Source: a virus
Taxonomy: Duplodnaviria; Heunggongvirae; Uroviricota; Caudoviricetes
Direction: 5' to 3' (one strand)
Length of the DNA: 38,548 nucleotides
IMG/VR virus record: IMGVR_UViG_2563366976_000006
Of this stretch, positions 9,676 through 19,421 are shown piece by piece. Every line of letters starts with the position of its first letter. Position 1 is the stretch's first letter. Made by a program: the position numbers and the translations under genes. The notes beneath the pieces were generated by a model. It did not search any database, had not been told where the DNA came from, and worked only from the letters and a program-made list of their open reading frames with translations.

Positions 9676-9858
9676 TTCTTTATTAGACTCAAAATGCTCT
9701 TTAGTGTAGGAACAATGGTTCCAGCCGGGTGATTAGCCAGGCTCTAATTTATTGTCCATAACAGGGTTGCGAAAGACACACACTCCTCCTTCGCATATCC
9801 TGCTTGGGCAGTCTATGCGAAGGAGGAGTGCATGTCTTTCGCTGTCTTTAGTAAAGGG
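9676..9858 (+). ncRNA. candidate retron msr-msd non-coding RNA (boundaries approximate)
   Basis: Immediately upstream of the retron RT; contains a 72-nt near-perfect hairpin and small msr-like hairpin (GGAAC AATG GTTCC); tentative a1/a2 pairing 9676-9687 with 9847-9858 needs G-U wobbles. Confidence 0.4.
9770..9841 (+). repeat. long inverted repeat / hairpin, candidate msd stem-loop
   Basis: 28-nt arms complementary at 26/28 positions, 16-nt loop containing an additional 4-bp stem. Confidence 0.6.
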
Positions 9859-9860
9859 CA

Positions 9861-10844
9861 ATGCTCGCTGCAATTGTTGCAGCGAGCATATCTGAGATGG
9901 ATATTATGCAGCTTGAAAAAAAATTATGTGAAAAATTCAACCTTACCCCTTTGAAGCTTTCTATCCTCTCATCCAAAGCTCCAAAAAAATATCGCGTATA
10001 TTATATACCCAAGAGAACTTCTGGTCTTAGGGCGATTGCTCAGCCGACTAAAGAGTTGAAGCAAATTCAACGTTTTTTGGTTTCGGAGTTGAAGCCTCTT
10101 TTGCCAATTCATTCATCAGCAATGGCTTACAGATGTGGCATAAGCATTAAGGATAATGCTGAACGTCACAAGAACAATCCATTTATATTAAAAATGGATT
10201 TTCAGAATTTTTTTAATAAAATTAAACCGGAAATTTTTTTTGATAAGTTCAAAAAAATGGATGTTCAACACAACGCCAGAGATGAAATACTTCTGCACAA
10301 TTTTTTGTTTTGGAAGCCAGGGCAAAAAAGAAGTATTACACATATATTGAGCGTAGGAGCACCGAGTTCTCCATTCATTAGTAATTTTGTCATGTTTGAT
10401 TTTGATTCAGCTATCAGTGAGTGGTGTGCTGATTTTGGTATTGTTTATACTCGTTATGCGGATGATATAACATTTTCAACCGCTAGAAAAAATATTTTAT
10501 TCAGTGTTCCTAAAATAGTTAAAAACATGCTTGCTGAGCACGCATCAGGTATTACCATTAATGAAGCCAAGACCATTTTTACATCTAAGGCTCACAATAG
10601 GCATGTTACAGGTGTAACTATTACTACTGATGGTGAATTATCTATAGGGCGAAAGAGAAAAAAATATCTTTTCTCTCTTGTTTTTAAATATAGCAATGGG
10701 AACTTGACAAGTGAAGAAATTTTATATGCTAAAGGACTGATGTCTTATTGCATGCATATTGAAAGAAATATAATAATAAGAATGAAAAATAAGTATGGTG
10801 CGGAAGTTATCAATAAATTTCTTAAGGAAGGTTGTGATGAATGA
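9861..10844 (+). CDS. retron-type reverse transcriptase
   Basis: 327-aa ORF; RVYYIPKRTSGLRAIAQPTKELK motif and YADD catalytic box; start may be 9861, 9897 or 9906. Confidence 0.85.
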   Translation: MLAAIVAASISEMDIMQLEKKLCEKFNLTPLKLSILSSKAPKKYRVYYIPKRTSGLRAIAQPTKELKQIQRFLVSELKPLLPIHSSAMAYRCGISIKDNAERHKNNPFILKMDFQNFFNKIKPEIFFDKFKKMDVQHNARDEILLHNFLFWKPGQKRSITHILSVGAPSSPFISNFVMFDFDSAISEWCADFGIVYTRYADDITFSTARKNILFSVPKIVKNMLAEHASGITINEAKTIFTSKAHNRHVTGVTITTDGELSIGRKRKKYLFSLVFKYSNGNLTSEEILYAKGLMSYCMHIERNIIIRMKNKYGAEVINKFLKEGCDE

Positions 10845-12450
10845 TTCTAAAAAAAGAGTGGATAATGTTTTTTCGGAGTTTATTGGTCTGATTAATGATG
10901 GCGTGCCTGAGGATAAATTAAAATATTCACCTGTATTGAATTTGCTAAATGAATCTTTAAATAAAGACAACTTATACCTTAAGAAAATATCAATTGTAGA
11001 CTTCAAAAGATTAAGGGATGTTATTGTAAATCTTGAAGATGATCTCACAGTTTTTGTTGCTGACAACGGCTATGGTAAAACAACTTTGCTTGATGCGATC
11101 GCAATTTCTTTAAGTTGGCTTCGTTCTAATATACAGAAAAAAGATAAACCTGGGTCGTATATAAGGGAAGTGGATATAAATAACTCAAAAGATGCCTTGT
11201 ATGCATCTATTGCTGCAACATTTAAAGTACAAGAGCTGAATACTAATGTTTTAATCACAAATGCAAAAGATGGTGTGTCTTTTAAACGCAGTAACGATTT
11301 ACAAGAAATTAAGCTGCTAGCAACAATGTACCGCTATGTTAATACGTTCTTAGATAATTCAAGTCTACCTGTGATGGCTTATTATTCAATTGTTAGGTCT
11401 GTCGTTGGTGGTGGTATTGATAATAGAAGAAGAAGCGGTAAGAATAAAGTTTCTTGGTCCAAATTTGATGTGTATGACGATTTCATGTTTGATAGAAATG
11501 ATTTTGGCGAATTTTTAAATTGGCTCATGTTTTTATCGAATAAATCCGCTCATGAGAATCCAGTGGTCACTGATAACCCAGAGTTACTCAGAAAGGAAAT
11601 AGAAAGTATCAATAACACAATTGAACAACTAAGTATTGTTTCTAACATCGATTTTAGTATTATTAATCAGCTAAAGAGTAGTCTTGAAGAGAAAAAAAAC
11701 CAATTAAATAAGTTTAGTAGTGAAGGGTTTTTAAGTTCATCTGTCTTATATAGGAATGTAATAAATGCTATATTGAGATTTTTGCCTGAATTCGAAAGCA
11801 TTAATCTGGTTTATAGTGAGACTGATGTTAAGCTTGTTCTTATCAAGAATGGTATTCAATTAGATGCGCAACAACTCTCACAAGGTGAGAAAACCATACT
11901 TACTCTGGTAGGTGATTTAGCTCGCCGACTTTCCCTTTTGAATCCAGAGCTACAAAATCCATTTGAAGGTCAAGGCATAGTATTAATTGATGAGGTTGAT
12001 TTGCACCTTCATCCAACTTGGCAGCAGAAAATTATAGAGCGGCTATTAACAACCTTTCCTAATGTTCAGTTTGTTCTTTCTACACACAGCCCTCAAGTCA
12101 TATCTACTGTTCCTGCCAGGAGCATAAGGATTTTAGAGGAGGTGGAAGATGAATTTGGTGATATTTCGATAAAAGCTGTTAGGCCCCGCTTTCAAACTAA
12201 AGGGGTGATGAATAGTGATGCATTACTTTATGGAATGGGAGCAGACCCTGCGCCTCCTGTAGAAGAAGTAAAATGGTTGGAAGAGTACAAAAAATTTATT
12301 GAATTGGATCAGTTTGATAGCGATTCAGCGCTTAAACTACGCCAGAATATAATAAGTCACTTTGGGGAAGATCATCCTTTAGTTGTAGAACTCGATCAGA
12401 TGACTTCACTCATGGAGTTTAAAAGAAAAATTAGAAATAAAAAACAATGA
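10837..12450 (+). CDS. retron effector ATPase (PtuA-like, ABC/AAA-type)
   Basis: Walker A DNGYGKTT, Walker B LIDEVDLHLH; start overlaps RT stop by 8 nt. Confidence 0.8.
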   Translation: MNDSKKRVDNVFSEFIGLINDGVPEDKLKYSPVLNLLNESLNKDNLYLKKISIVDFKRLRDVIVNLEDDLTVFVADNGYGKTTLLDAIAISLSWLRSNIQKKDKPGSYIREVDINNSKDALYASIAATFKVQELNTNVLITNAKDGVSFKRSNDLQEIKLLATMYRYVNTFLDNSSLPVMAYYSIVRSVVGGGIDNRRRSGKNKVSWSKFDVYDDFMFDRNDFGEFLNWLMFLSNKSAHENPVVTDNPELLRKEIESINNTIEQLSIVSNIDFSIINQLKSSLEEKKNQLNKFSSEGFLSSSVLYRNVINAILRFLPEFESINLVYSETDVKLVLIKNGIQLDAQQLSQGEKTILTLVGDLARRLSLLNPELQNPFEGQGIVLIDEVDLHLHPTWQQKIIERLLTTFPNVQFVLSTHSPQVISTVPARSIRILEEVEDEFGDISIKAVRPRFQTKGVMNSDALLYGMGADPAPPVEEVKWLEEYKKFIELDQFDSDSALKLRQNIISHFGEDHPLVVELDQMTSLMEFKRKIRNKKQ

Positions 12451-12462
12451 GGAGACTTGAGG

Positions 12463-13131
12463 ATGAAATTTCTTCGAAGGATATATCCTGGCCCTAACGT
12501 GCTAAGTAGTTATGATTTTAATACTCAAACTTGGGATGATGTATCATCATCTGACAAAAAAGATATTTGGGTAGATTTAGTTAAAATGCAAGGCAAAGTA
12601 TGCGCTTATTGTGAAAGGAAAATAAACCTAACAAAAGAGGGGGATAAGCATATTGAGCATTTCAAGCGAAAAGGTATTCATCGCGAATTAACGTTTAACT
12701 GGGAGAATCTGTTTGGTTCGTGTGGGGAAAAACAAAGATGCGGATTCTACAAAGACAAACAAGAATATAATGAGGGTGACCTGTTAAAAGCTGATGAAAT
12801 GGATCCTGAAGATTTTTTTGTTTTTATCTATAGTGGTGATGTTATTGTAAAACCTGAGATAAATGAACGAAATAAAGTAATAGCTGAGGTTACCCTGAGG
12901 GTATTCAATCTTAATCCCGAGAACGGTGGTGTTAAAGCCGAGAGAAGAAATGTCCTCGAGAAAGGCTTAGGCACTATAAAGGGGTATGTTAAGATTGCTC
13001 AAGACTTAATTGATAGTGGTGAGGATGCAGAAGAAGTTCGGCAATATGTTCGGGATGAGTATTATGAAAAAATTTCACAAATGGATTTTAAAACTGCAAG
13101 GAAACATGTTTTTGAAGCATTTCTACCTTGA
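12463..13131 (+). CDS. retron effector HNH endonuclease (PtuB-like)
   Basis: CAYCERK...HIEHF...C-x-x-C pattern; GGAG SD; 12 nt after ATPase stop. Confidence 0.75.
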   Translation: MKFLRRIYPGPNVLSSYDFNTQTWDDVSSSDKKDIWVDLVKMQGKVCAYCERKINLTKEGDKHIEHFKRKGIHRELTFNWENLFGSCGEKQRCGFYKDKQEYNEGDLLKADEMDPEDFFVFIYSGDVIVKPEINERNKVIAEVTLRVFNLNPENGGVKAERRNVLEKGLGTIKGYVKIAQDLIDSGEDAEEVRQYVRDEYYEKISQMDFKTARKHVFEAFLP

Positions 13132-13133
13132 AT

Positions 13134-13155
13134 AAAGGAGGGGAGACCCTCCTTT
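13134..13155. terminator. bidirectional hairpin terminator (AAAGGAGGG gaga CCCTCCTTT)
   Basis: Perfect 9-bp stem between convergent HNH and Q genes, T-run after it. Confidence 0.6.
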
Positions 13156-13158
13156 TGT

Positions 13159-14187
13159 TTAGATTATGTACTCATCAAAATTAATTATGTCTGATCCAAG
13201 CCAATCATTGAGATCGAGTATTTTCCTTTGCAATGGTTTTAATTCATTAGTGACGAAAACCTTACTAGCCTTCTCCACATCCCCAAACCCCCCGACATTA
13301 TTAGGCATTATCCCCATCATTTGTGGCGGCACACGATGCGCCGCCATCATGTCGTCCCGGCTCACGTTCTTGATATTCAGGAACTCATCCTTCGCCGCCA
13401 CTTCTGACAACGGGATAATCTGAAGCCCGTCCTTTTTACCGTTAGGCGAGTACATAAACAGGTTACGGAAGTTACCAGGACCTTTGGCGCTTTTCATCGC
13501 ATTGCGGAGGTTGTTCACATCCTCCTGGTTCTGCGCAGCATCGGTCATGTACATGATGAAGCCTGCATGACTGCCGTTAATGTAATACTTGCGGCGGAAC
13601 AGCGTGGCGGACTCGTTGAGCAGAGCTGACGGAATGGCAGAAAGATAACCGGGCAGGCCGTAGATCTCCTGGTTGATGTCCGGTTCTATCAGATGAAAAA
13701 TGCTGCCTTTCGTGAACTGATACGGCTGGGTTGTCATACCGTATTGCACAAACCAGTAGGTATCCAGGTCTAACCCGCGTCGGGTGTATTTTGCCAGAGC
13801 AGGCTCAAGGGCTATAACTTCACCGAAGCGGTTCGTGCGTTTCTCCAGGTAGGCGTTACCAAATACCAGATAGTCCTGCACAAAACGTGAAAAAGCCTGC
13901 TGGCTGAGCAGCGGGTGAGGGATGTAGGTACTGGTCAGAATGTTGCATTTCACCGCAATTGGTGAGCTGTGATGCACGGCGGCGCGGAAGGTTCGTGCCA
14001 GTCCGTCAAAGCTGACGGGCGGCTCATACCAGCGATCCATCTGTACGCATTCCACATAGTCCAGCAGTTCACGGCGGTCCAGAACAGGAACGGGATCGCC
14101 AAAGCTGAATGCTTCGGCTGAAGTCTGGCTTTTATGCTTGAGCTGATTCGTCGCCGCAGCGCGGTTTTTCTTACTCTTTCCCATCAA
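13159..14187 (-). CDS. Q: portal protein (P2 gpQ family)
   Basis: 342-aa ORF, first of the leftward Q-P operon; size and position match P2 Q. Confidence 0.85.
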   Translation of the reverse strand: MMGKSKKNRAAATNQLKHKSQTSAEAFSFGDPVPVLDRRELLDYVECVQMDRWYEPPVSFDGLARTFRAAVHHSSPIAVKCNILTSTYIPHPLLSQQAFSRFVQDYLVFGNAYLEKRTNRFGEVIALEPALAKYTRRGLDLDTYWFVQYGMTTQPYQFTKGSIFHLIEPDINQEIYGLPGYLSAIPSALLNESATLFRRKYYINGSHAGFIMYMTDAAQNQEDVNNLRNAMKSAKGPGNFRNLFMYSPNGKKDGLQIIPLSEVAAKDEFLNIKNVSRDDMMAAHRVPPQMMGIMPNNVGGFGDVEKASKVFVTNELKPLQRKILDLNDWLGSDIINFDEYII

Positions 14188-15950
14188 AAAATCTCCACAA
14201 TATTGCTGGTATTGGCGGATTCGCCCTGCAGCGGTTCGTTAAACAGTGCGTGCATCGTTGCCCAGGCCAGATCGGCGTGGCTGGCTTCTTCGCTGCGGCT
14301 GGCTTCATAGGTCGGGCGGTTGCCGCTGGCGGTGGTGGCGCGACGGATTGCCATGAATGACTGCGCAATGTCGGTGTGCCCGGCGTCAAACTCCAGACGG
14401 CGGTGGCTGATAATGTCGTAGGCCTTGAGTACCAGGGCGTTTTTAACATTGGGGTTATAGACAAACTCCCGGACAGCAGGAAAGAACGCTTTCACGTTCT
14501 CGTAAACCCCGTGACCAACGCCGGTTGAGTCGATACCGATATAAGTCACGTTGTACTGTTCGGTAAGTTTTTTGATGGCGTCAGCCTGGGCGCGGAAATC
14601 CATCCCGCGCCACTGGTGACGCTCAAGAATGCGGAACTTACCACCCGGCACGGCTGGCGGTGCCACCACCACGCATCCGGCGCTGTCGCCGTTTTGCGTA
14701 CCTTTTGCCGGGTCATAACCGATCCACACTTCGCGCCAGCCAAACGGGCGCAGCGCCAGTGCATGAAAGTCGGTCCAGACTTCCCAACTGTCCACCATGC
14801 ACGCCTGCAGCTCGCTGAGCGGAAACACGGACGCGAGATCGTCCACAAACTCGCACATCAGCAGGTTCTGGTATTCGTCCGGGCTGTACTCCATGCGCAA
14901 CTGGTCAAGGTCGAACAGGTTACAGCCGCCGCGCACCGCATCTTCCACGGTGACTATCTGGCGGTACTGCCCGTCTGCGCACAGCAGGCCGGGGGCCAGA
15001 TTGCTGTGGGACAGGTCGATGTCCACCTTATCGGCTTTGTTGCGCCCACGGTTGAACAGCGCACCGGACCAGAACGGATAAGCACTGTGTGTCAGACTGG
15101 ATGGCGTGGAAAAATAGGTTTGTCGCCATTTTTTGTGAATAGCCATACCGGAAGCCACTTTGCGCAGCTCCTGGAATTTTGGTATCCAGAAATATTCATC
15201 CAGATACAGGTTGCCGTGATAACTCTGGGCCGTGCGGGCATTGGTGCCGAGGAAATACAGTGTGGCCCCGTTGGGAAGCACCATCGGATCGCCTTTCAGC
15301 TCCACCTCTACTTCTTTGGCGAAGTCGATGATGTACTGTTTAAAGACGTGGGCCTGTGCCTTACTGGCGGAAAGGAAAATCTGGTTACGTCCGGTAAGCA
15401 GGGCGTCAATCAGGGCTTCACGGGCAAAGTAAAAGGTCGCGCCGATCTGGCGTGACTTCAGCAGGTTGCGGATGCGGTTGGTTTTTCCGGCTTCCCACCA
15501 GTGGCGCTGGTAGTTGAACATGGAGGAATGGAAAATTTCTTCCAGCTTCTCAATCTGTTCATCGGTGAAAACGTTCTTTTCCGGCTGACGGCGTGGGCCT
15601 TTGTTGCGGTTGGCGACGTTAGGGTTTAAGTCGGCTTCGTTGCCGCCATTGTTAAACTTGCCGATCCGCGCGTGGCGTTCCGACTGGCGCGCCAGCAGGT
15701 CAATTTCTTTGAAATCTTTCCCTTCTTTGTGCTCCTTCATAATGAGCTGGCAGTAGCGTGCGGCGGTGGTGAGCTGCATCTGATCCAGCGGCCCATAGTC
15801 ACCCCACTTGTCGCGTTTTTTCCAGCTGTGAACGGTTGCAACTTTCTCGCCCAGCATTTCAGCAATGCGGGCGACGCGGTATCCCTGAAAGTACAGCAGC
15901 ATGGCCTGCCGACGGGGATCGAGATCTGCGGGTGTCAGTGTGGTGTTCAT
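14184..15950 (-). CDS. P: terminase large (ATPase) subunit (P2 gpP family)
   Basis: 588-aa ORF, overlaps Q by 4 nt, divergent from O. Confidence 0.9.
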   Translation of the reverse strand: MNTTLTPADLDPRRQAMLLYFQGYRVARIAEMLGEKVATVHSWKKRDKWGDYGPLDQMQLTTAARYCQLIMKEHKEGKDFKEIDLLARQSERHARIGKFNNGGNEADLNPNVANRNKGPRRQPEKNVFTDEQIEKLEEIFHSSMFNYQRHWWEAGKTNRIRNLLKSRQIGATFYFAREALIDALLTGRNQIFLSASKAQAHVFKQYIIDFAKEVEVELKGDPMVLPNGATLYFLGTNARTAQSYHGNLYLDEYFWIPKFQELRKVASGMAIHKKWRQTYFSTPSSLTHSAYPFWSGALFNRGRNKADKVDIDLSHSNLAPGLLCADGQYRQIVTVEDAVRGGCNLFDLDQLRMEYSPDEYQNLLMCEFVDDLASVFPLSELQACMVDSWEVWTDFHALALRPFGWREVWIGYDPAKGTQNGDSAGCVVVAPPAVPGGKFRILERHQWRGMDFRAQADAIKKLTEQYNVTYIGIDSTGVGHGVYENVKAFFPAVREFVYNPNVKNALVLKAYDIISHRRLEFDAGHTDIAQSFMAIRRATTASGNRPTYEASRSEEASHADLAWATMHALFNEPLQGESANTSNIVEIF

Positions 15951-15996
15951 GGCACAAACCTACAGCCTTGAATGAAGGCTTTCCCCGCCTGCGGTT

Positions 15997-16014
15997 TGTG
16001 TGGTTGTCGGTACA
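15997..16014. promoter_or_regulatory. late-promoter activator site TGT-N12-ACA (Ogr-type) upstream of O
   Basis: tgtgtggttgtcggtaca about 80 bp upstream of the O start in the P/O divergent region. Confidence 0.5.
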
Positions 16015-16092
16015 AATACCGCGCATTGTTTCACTGCCCCCATCACCGCAACCATAAGGCTCCAGTAAGTTTTTTCTAACGGAGCACGGCTC

Positions 16093-16926
16093 ATGACAGT
16101 GAAAGCAAAGCGTTTTCGCATCGGGGTGGAAGGTGCCACCACCGACGGACGCGAAATCCAGCGTGAATGGCTGGAACAGATGGCAGCCAGCTACAACCCG
16201 GCGGTGTATACCGCGCTGATTAACCTTGAGCACATCAAGTCTTATCTGCCGGACAGCACCTTTAACCGCTACGGCAAGGTGACGGCGCTGTTTGCTGAAG
16301 AAATCACGGAAGGTCCGCTGGCAGGCAGGATGGCGCTGTATGCCGACGTTGAGCCAACGGAGTCCCTGGTGGAGCTGGTGAAAAAAGGCCAGAAATTATT
16401 CACCTCTATGGAAGTCAGTCCAAAGTTCGCTGATACGGGCAAAGCCTACCTGGTTGGCCTGGCTGCCACTGATGACCCTGCCAGTCTGGGTACGGAAATG
16501 CTGACATTCAGTGCCAGTGCAGCCCATAACCCGCTGGCAAACCGCAAGCAGAATCCTGCCAATCTCTTTACCGCTGCAGAGGAAACGGTGATTGAACTGG
16601 AAGAAATCCAGGATGACAAACCGTCCCTGTTTGCCCGTGTCACAGCGCTGTTCACCAAAAAAGAGCAGTCCGATGACGCCCGGTTCTCTGATGTGCATAA
16701 GGCCGTGGAACTGGTCGCCACTGAGCAGCAGAGCCTGAGCGCACGCACCGAAAAATCCCTGTCTGAGCAGGAAGAACGCCTGTCTGAACTGGAGACTGCT
16801 CTGCAGGAGCAGCAAACCGCCTTTAACGAACTGGTGAATAAGCTGAGTCATGAAGACAGCCGCCAGGACTACCGCCAGCGTGCAACAGGCGGTAACGCCC
16901 CCGCTGACACTCTGACCAATTGCTGA
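16093..16926 (+). CDS. O: capsid scaffolding protein (P2 gpO family)
   Basis: 277-aa ORF preceding major capsid gene. Confidence 0.85.
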   Translation: MTVKAKRFRIGVEGATTDGREIQREWLEQMAASYNPAVYTALINLEHIKSYLPDSTFNRYGKVTALFAEEITEGPLAGRMALYADVEPTESLVELVKKGQKLFTSMEVSPKFADTGKAYLVGLAATDDPASLGTEMLTFSASAAHNPLANRKQNPANLFTAAEETVIELEEIQDDKPSLFARVTALFTKKEQSDDARFSDVHKAVELVATEQQSLSARTEKSLSEQEERLSELETALQEQQTAFNELVNKLSHEDSRQDYRQRATGGNAPADTLTNC

Positions 16927-16942
16927 TGGAGCACAAAACCTG

Positions 16943-18001
16943 ATGAAGAAGAATACCCGCTTTGCTTTTAACGCTTACCTGCAGCAGCTGGCGCGTCTGA
17001 ACGGTGTGGCAGTTGAAGAACTGTCCAGCAAGTTCACCGTGGAGCCGTCTGTACAGCAGACGCTGGAAGACCAGATCCAGCAGTCCGCCGCTTTCCTGAC
17101 GCTGATTAACGTCACGCCAGTGACTGAGCAGTCCGGTCAGCTGCTGGGGTTGGGTGTTGGTAGCACCATTGCCGGAACCACTGACACCACCGCGAAAGAG
17201 CGTGAACCTGTCGATCCTACGCTGATGGTCGATGTGGAATACAAATGCGAGCAGACCAACTTTGACACGGTACTGACCTACGCGAAGCTGGACCTGTGGG
17301 CGAAGTTTCAGGATTTCCAGGTGCGTATCCGTGACGCCATCGTGAAACGTCAGGCACTGGACCGCATCATGATCGGCTTTAACGGCGTGAAGCGTGCGAA
17401 AACCTCCAACCGTAGCGAAAACCCGCTGCTGCAGGATGTGAACAAAGGCTGGTTGCAGAAAATCCGTGAGGATGCACCGGATCACGTCATGGGCAGCACC
17501 ACCACGGGCGGTGAAACCACACCGGGTGCGGTGAAAGTCGGGAAAGGGGGCGAATATGCCAACCTGGACGCCGTGGTGATGGATGCCGTCAATGAGCTTA
17601 TCGACGTGGTCTACCAGGACGATGACGATCTGGTGGTGATTTGCGGTCGTGAACTGTTATCTGACAAGTATTTCCCGCTGGTCAACAAAGAGCAGGAAAA
17701 CAGTGAAAAACTGGCTGCCGATATGATCATCAGTCAGAAACGCATGGGTGGCCTGCAGGCCGTGCGTGCGCCGTTCTTCCCGCCGAATGCATTGCTGATC
17801 ACCCGTCTGGATAACCTGTCCATCTACTGGCAGGAGGACACCCGCCGCCGTTCAGTTATCGACAACCCGAAACGTGACCGGATTGAAAACTTTGAATCCG
17901 TTAACGAAGCCTATGTGGTTGAGGACTACCGCTGCGCCGCACTGGTGGAAAACATCCAGATTGGCGACTTTAGCGCCGCTGCAGCAGAAGCCGGAGCGTA
18001 A
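16943..18001 (+). CDS. N: major capsid protein (P2 gpN family)
   Basis: 352-aa ORF in conserved O-N-M-L order. Confidence 0.9.
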   Translation: MKKNTRFAFNAYLQQLARLNGVAVEELSSKFTVEPSVQQTLEDQIQQSAAFLTLINVTPVTEQSGQLLGLGVGSTIAGTTDTTAKEREPVDPTLMVDVEYKCEQTNFDTVLTYAKLDLWAKFQDFQVRIRDAIVKRQALDRIMIGFNGVKRAKTSNRSENPLLQDVNKGWLQKIREDAPDHVMGSTTTGGETTPGAVKVGKGGEYANLDAVVMDAVNELIDVVYQDDDDLVVICGRELLSDKYFPLVNKEQENSEKLAADMIISQKRMGGLQAVRAPFFPPNALLITRLDNLSIYWQEDTRRRSVIDNPKRDRIENFESVNEAYVVEDYRCAALVENIQIGDFSAAAAEAGA

Positions 18002-18004
18002 CCC

Positions 18005-18655
18005 ATGAGCCTGAGTCCCGCACGGCAGCATCGCCTGCGCGTTCAGGCTGAACAGGCCGCCCGCGAAGGCGGCAGCGTTCGCCACGCGTCGGGCTATGAC
18101 CTGATGCTGCTGCAACTGGCGGAAGACCGCCGCCGTCTCAAGGGCGTTCAGTCCACGGTGAAAAAAGCGGAAATCAAGGTGGAGCTGCTGCCGAAGTACG
18201 CCGCCTGGGCGGAGGGGGTCCTGGCTGCCGGAGGCGCTCAACAGGATGACGTGCTGATGTACGTGATGCTGTGGCGCATTGATGCCGGAGATTATGCCGG
18301 GGCGCTGGAGATCGGGCGTCACGCCCTGCGTCATGGCTGGGTGATGCCGCTGGGTAACCGCAACGTGCAGACCGTGCTGGCAGAGGAAATGGCAGACGCA
18401 GCCCAGAGCGCAATGCTTGCCGCCACCGGCTTTGATGCCGATCTGTTGCTGCAGACGCTGGAGCTGACAGACGGTCTGGATATGCCGGACCAGTCACGGG
18501 CACGTCTGCATAAAGCGGTTGGCGCTGTCCTGAGTGAAAGCAATCCGGCGTCTGCCCTTAATCATCTCAACCATGCGTTACAGCTCGATCCCCGCTGTGG
18601 CGTGAAAAAAGACAAACAGCAGCTGGAGCGCAGACTGCGCAATGACAGCCGCTGA
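18005..18655 (+). CDS. M: terminase small/endonuclease subunit (P2 gpM family)
   Basis: 216-aa ORF after N. Confidence 0.8.
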   Translation: MSLSPARQHRLRVQAEQAAREGGSVRHASGYDLMLLQLAEDRRRLKGVQSTVKKAEIKVELLPKYAAWAEGVLAAGGAQQDDVLMYVMLWRIDAGDYAGALEIGRHALRHGWVMPLGNRNVQTVLAEEMADAAQSAMLAATGFDADLLLQTLELTDGLDMPDQSRARLHKAVGAVLSESNPASALNHLNHALQLDPRCGVKKDKQQLERRLRNDSR

Positions 18656-18750
18656 CAGAACGTGCCCCCGCGCACGGGCGGCACGGGGTGGCGAAAGGCA
18701 CTGCCACATCAAAACCCCGTCCACCGCCCTTTATTTCAGGAGAAAGCAGC

Positions 18751-19215
18751 ATGAAGTTTGTTGCGCCAGAACAGGCACCGGAACAGGCGGAAATCATCAG
18801 AAATACGCCGTTCTGGCCTGATGTGGACCTGTCGGAGTTTCGCAGCGTGATGCGCACTGACGGCACGGTGACGCAGCCGCGTTTAAAGCAGGTTGCGCTG
18901 TCGGCAATTTCGGAGGTCAACGCAGAGCTGTATGAGTTTCGCAGACGCCAGCAGATGCTGGGGTATGCCTCGCTGGCAGAGGTTCCGGCGGAACAGCTGG
19001 ACGGCAAAAGTGAGCGCATTCAGCACTATTTCAACGCGGTTTACTGCTGGGCACGCGCCATGCTCAACGAACGTTACCAGGACTATGACGCCACGGCGTC
19101 CGGTGTGAAGCGGGGCGAGGAACTGGCGGAAGCAAGCGGTGATTTGTGGCGTGACGCCCGCTGGGCCATCAGCCGGGTGCAGGATGCGCCGCACTGCACA
19201 GTGGAGCTTATCTGA
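18751..19215 (+). CDS. L: head completion/stabilisation protein (P2 gpL family)
   Basis: ATG at 18751 with SD; conserved position. Confidence 0.8.
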   Translation: MKFVAPEQAPEQAEIIRNTPFWPDVDLSEFRSVMRTDGTVTQPRLKQVALSAISEVNAELYEFRRRQQMLGYASLAEVPAEQLDGKSERIQHYFNAVYCWARAMLNERYQDYDATASGVKRGEELAEASGDLWRDARWAISRVQDAPHCTVELI

Positions 19216-19418
19216 TGAAAGTGCGTGCGCATCAGTATGACACGGTGGACGCGCTTTGCTGGCGTCATTACGGGCGCACGCAGGGTGTCACGGAGCAGGT
19301 ACTGAAGGCAAATCCGGGGCTTGCCGAATACGGCCCCTTTTTACCTCACGGGCTGCAGGTGGAGCTGCCGGACATTCCGACCACCACCACCGTGCAGACC
19401 GTCCAGCTATGGGACTGA
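19215..19418 (+). CDS. X: tail protein X (P2 gpX family)
   Basis: 67-aa ORF between L and lysis genes. Confidence 0.7.
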   Translation: MKVRAHQYDTVDALCWRHYGRTQGVTEQVLKANPGLAEYGPFLPHGLQVELPDIPTTTTVQTVQLWD

Positions 19419-19421
19419 ATT

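Noticed and set aside
9698-9851. 8-bp direct repeat tctttagt as a target-site duplication
   Set aside because: Too short and AT-rich to distinguish from chance; no transposase or terminal inverted repeats between the copies.
14616-15455. 279-aa ORF antisense to terminase P
   Set aside because: Embedded in the opposite strand of a conserved terminase gene; no independent support.
16396-17485. ORFs antisense to O and N (151 and 220 aa)
   Set aside because: Overlap conserved capsid genes on the opposite strand; likely artefacts of GC-rich coding sequence.
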